A stretch of 34,097 bases of DNA from an uncultured Candidatus Saccharibacteria bacterium (GTDB lineage: Bacteria > Patescibacteriota > Minisyncoccia > UBA6257 > JAKLIH01), in the NCBI GenBank assembly GCA_964651585.1, contig CAZYWI010000001.1, forward strand, positions 1 to 34,097. Direction: 5' to 3'. Below the pieces are notes generated by a model. It saw only the letters and a list, made by a program, of their open reading frames with translations, made no database searches and was not told the origin of the DNA. Below, piece by piece: positions 31,851 to 34,097 of the stretch (its first letter is position 1; every line of letters starts with the position of its first letter). The translations under genes and the position numbers were made by a program.

Positions 31851-34097
31851 TTATTCTAGCTCTTTAATGGTTTTTAAAATAGAATCAGGATTTAAAGAGA
31901 TACTTTCTATACCTTCATCAATTAAAAATTTAGCAAACTCGGGATAATCGCTTGGCGCTTGGCCGCAAATACCAATATATTTGTTTTTAGCTTTGCATTT
32001 TTGAATGATTTCTTTAATAAGTCTTTTCACTGCTTCATTTCTTTCATCAGCAATTGAATGCAATTCGGGACTGTCACGATCAATACCTAAAACTAATTGA
32101 GTTAGGTCGTTGGAACCGATTGACATTCCGTCAAAAATATCCAAAAATTCATCTGCTAAAATAATATTAGAAGGAATTTCACACATTACATACACCTTTA
32201 AAGACGCGGATAAACGCGGATCAAAATACTGATTGACACTGATTCTGGGCGCAGCTTGATGTTTTAGGCCACAAACCTCCATAACGCGAATCACTTTTTT
32301 TCCTTCTTCTGGGGTGCGGCAAAAAGGTATCATGGGAACAACATTAAATAACCCAAATTCATCTCTAACTTTTTTCAGAGCGGCACATTCTAATTTAAAA
32401 GCTGTAATAAATTTCTGATCATAATAACGAGAAGCGCCACGTCAGCCTAACATAGGGTTTTCCTCTTGGGGCTCATAAAGATCACCACCAACTAAGTTAC
32501 GATATTCGTTGGTTTTAAAATCTGAGAAACGAACTATGACTTCTTTTGGATAAAAAGCGGCTCCAATTTTAGCAATGCCCCGGGCTAAATTATCAACAAA
32601 ATATTGCTTTTTATCTCGATAGCCGCTAGTTCACTGATCGATTTGTTTCTTAATTCCTGGAGGTAAATTCCTATAATGAATAAGTGCTAAAGGATGAATT
32701 TTAATATCGTTAGCAATAATAAATTCTTCTCGAGCTAAACCCACGCCATCATTAGGTAGCAGTCGTAAATTAAATGCCTGGTTTGGTTCCCCTAAATTCA
32801 TCATAATTTTCACTTTAGGTTTGGGTAATTTAGAAACATCGGTTTTTTTAATGCTAAAAGGAATGAATCCTCTATAAATTTTTCCTTCTTCTCCTTCAGC
32901 GCAAGAGACTGTAATTTTATCACCCATCTTGAGAATTTTAGTAGCGTCTTTAACTCCGACAATTGTCGGCACTCCCAGTTCTCTACCTACAATAGCTGCA
33001 TGGCAAGTTCGGCTACCACTTTCAGTAATAATAGCATTAGCTAATTTCATTGCCGGTACTCAATTAGGATCAGTTGCATAAGTTACTAAAATTTCTCCCT
33101 TTTGAAAATCTGATAAATGTTTAGCATCTTTGATAATTTTGACTTTCCCAGTAGCAATTTTATTACCAACACTTAGACCTGTCAAAACTGGCTTTTGCTT
33201 CTTTTTATTGTGCAGCTCATAACTTTCTAAAATATCGTATTGTTTAAGACTTTGTACTGTCTCGGGCCGAGCTTGCACAATATAAATTTGTTTATCTAGC
33301 CCATCTTTAGCAAACTCAATATCCATTTCTTTTTGATAGTGAGATTCTACTATCATAGAATAATGCCCCAAAGTCAAGATTTCTTCATCGGTGAGGGCAA
33401 ATTTATCTCTGAGATTTTTCGGAACTTTCACATATTGGGTACTCTTGCTTCCTTTACTATAAATTAACTTAATATCTTTTGTACCCAATCTTTTTTCTAA
33501 TATTGGTTTATATCCTTGAGCTAAAGTTTTTTCATAAACATAATACTGGTCAGCATTAACTCTACCCTTCACAATAGTTTCACCCAAACCATAACTAGCA
33601 TTAATCAGGATAACATCACCAAAATTAGTTTCGGTATCGCAAGAAAAAATGACTCCCGAAACCCCCTTATCACTTCGAATCATTTTTTGCACTCCAACTG
33701 ATAAACCAACTTTAAAATGATCAAAATTTTTTTCTACTCTATAGACTATGGCTCGATCATTAAAAAGCGATATGAAGCATTGCTTAACAGCTCTTAATAA
33801 ATTGTTCTTTCCTCTAATATTTAAGAAAGATTCATGAATGCCAGCAAAAGAAGCTTCGGGTAAATCTTCGGCTGTAGCTGAAGAACGTACTGCTACTGAT
33901 AAATTTTTAGTTTTATACTCCTCGCATAAACTTTCATAATACGCAACAATTTCTTTTTCTAAAAATTTAGGTAAAGGAGTCTTTCAAATGAGGCTTCTAA
34001 CTTGTTTACCTCGCTCTTGTAATTCTTTAAGATTTTTAATATCCAGACCCTCGAGAATGTTTTTGATTTTTTCTTTCAATCCCGTACTCTCTAAATA
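31851..34097 (-). CDS. ppsA: phosphoenolpyruvate synthase (pyruvate, water dikinase); 5' end off-window
   Basis: At least 748 aa. The ATP-grasp region is [30 protein letters not shown]. The phospho-His swivel domain is [17 protein letters not shown]. The PEP-utilizer TIM barrel is [18 protein letters not shown]. In-frame TGA at 33984, 33060 (DPN-W, conserved), 32631 and 32442 (MLG-W-RGASRY). Confidence 0.9.

Overview
AT-rich, very gene-dense 34-kb block. Every credible gene is on the minus strand, and I saw no mobile elements, CRISPR arrays, rRNA or tRNA genes. The content is core housekeeping. In minus-strand order (high to low coordinates): ppsA (5' end off-window), a radical-SAM SplB-like gene, pheS-pheT, gyrB, rpsL-rpsG-fusA, tuf-rpsJ, then the S10/spc ribosomal-protein cluster rplC through rplO (no rpmD), secY-adk-map and ruvX-murB. 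A 740-nt gene-poor spacer follows, holding a 17-codon polylysine micro-ORF. The block ends with secA-scpA-NUDIX-scpB and an S11 D-Ala-D-Ala carboxypeptidase (3' end off-window). The main result concerns the genetic code. The standard-code ORF track splits 22 of these genes into pieces or truncates them, and every break is an in-frame TGA. I placed 43 such codons, and many fall on universally conserved Trp positions (EF-G MD-W-M, L4 RKP-W-.QKGTGRAR, S3 T-W-SSR-W, SecA L-W-..HL, GyrB LI-W-EIVDN, the S14 terminal W). No gene ends in TGA; all stops are TAA or TAG. The organism therefore reads UGA as Trp (translation table 4), not Gly (table 25). All coordinates below are re-derived under table 4. 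This code coexists with peptidoglycan genes, an L30-less spc operon, no visible Shine-Dalgarno motifs and several extended ribosomal proteins. That combination points away from classical Mollicutes and toward an uncultivated, reduced lineage; this is inference only. The four long spacers hold canonical TTGnnT-17-(TGn)TAnAnT promoters, hairpin terminators and several recurring motifs or palindromes that no gene explains.
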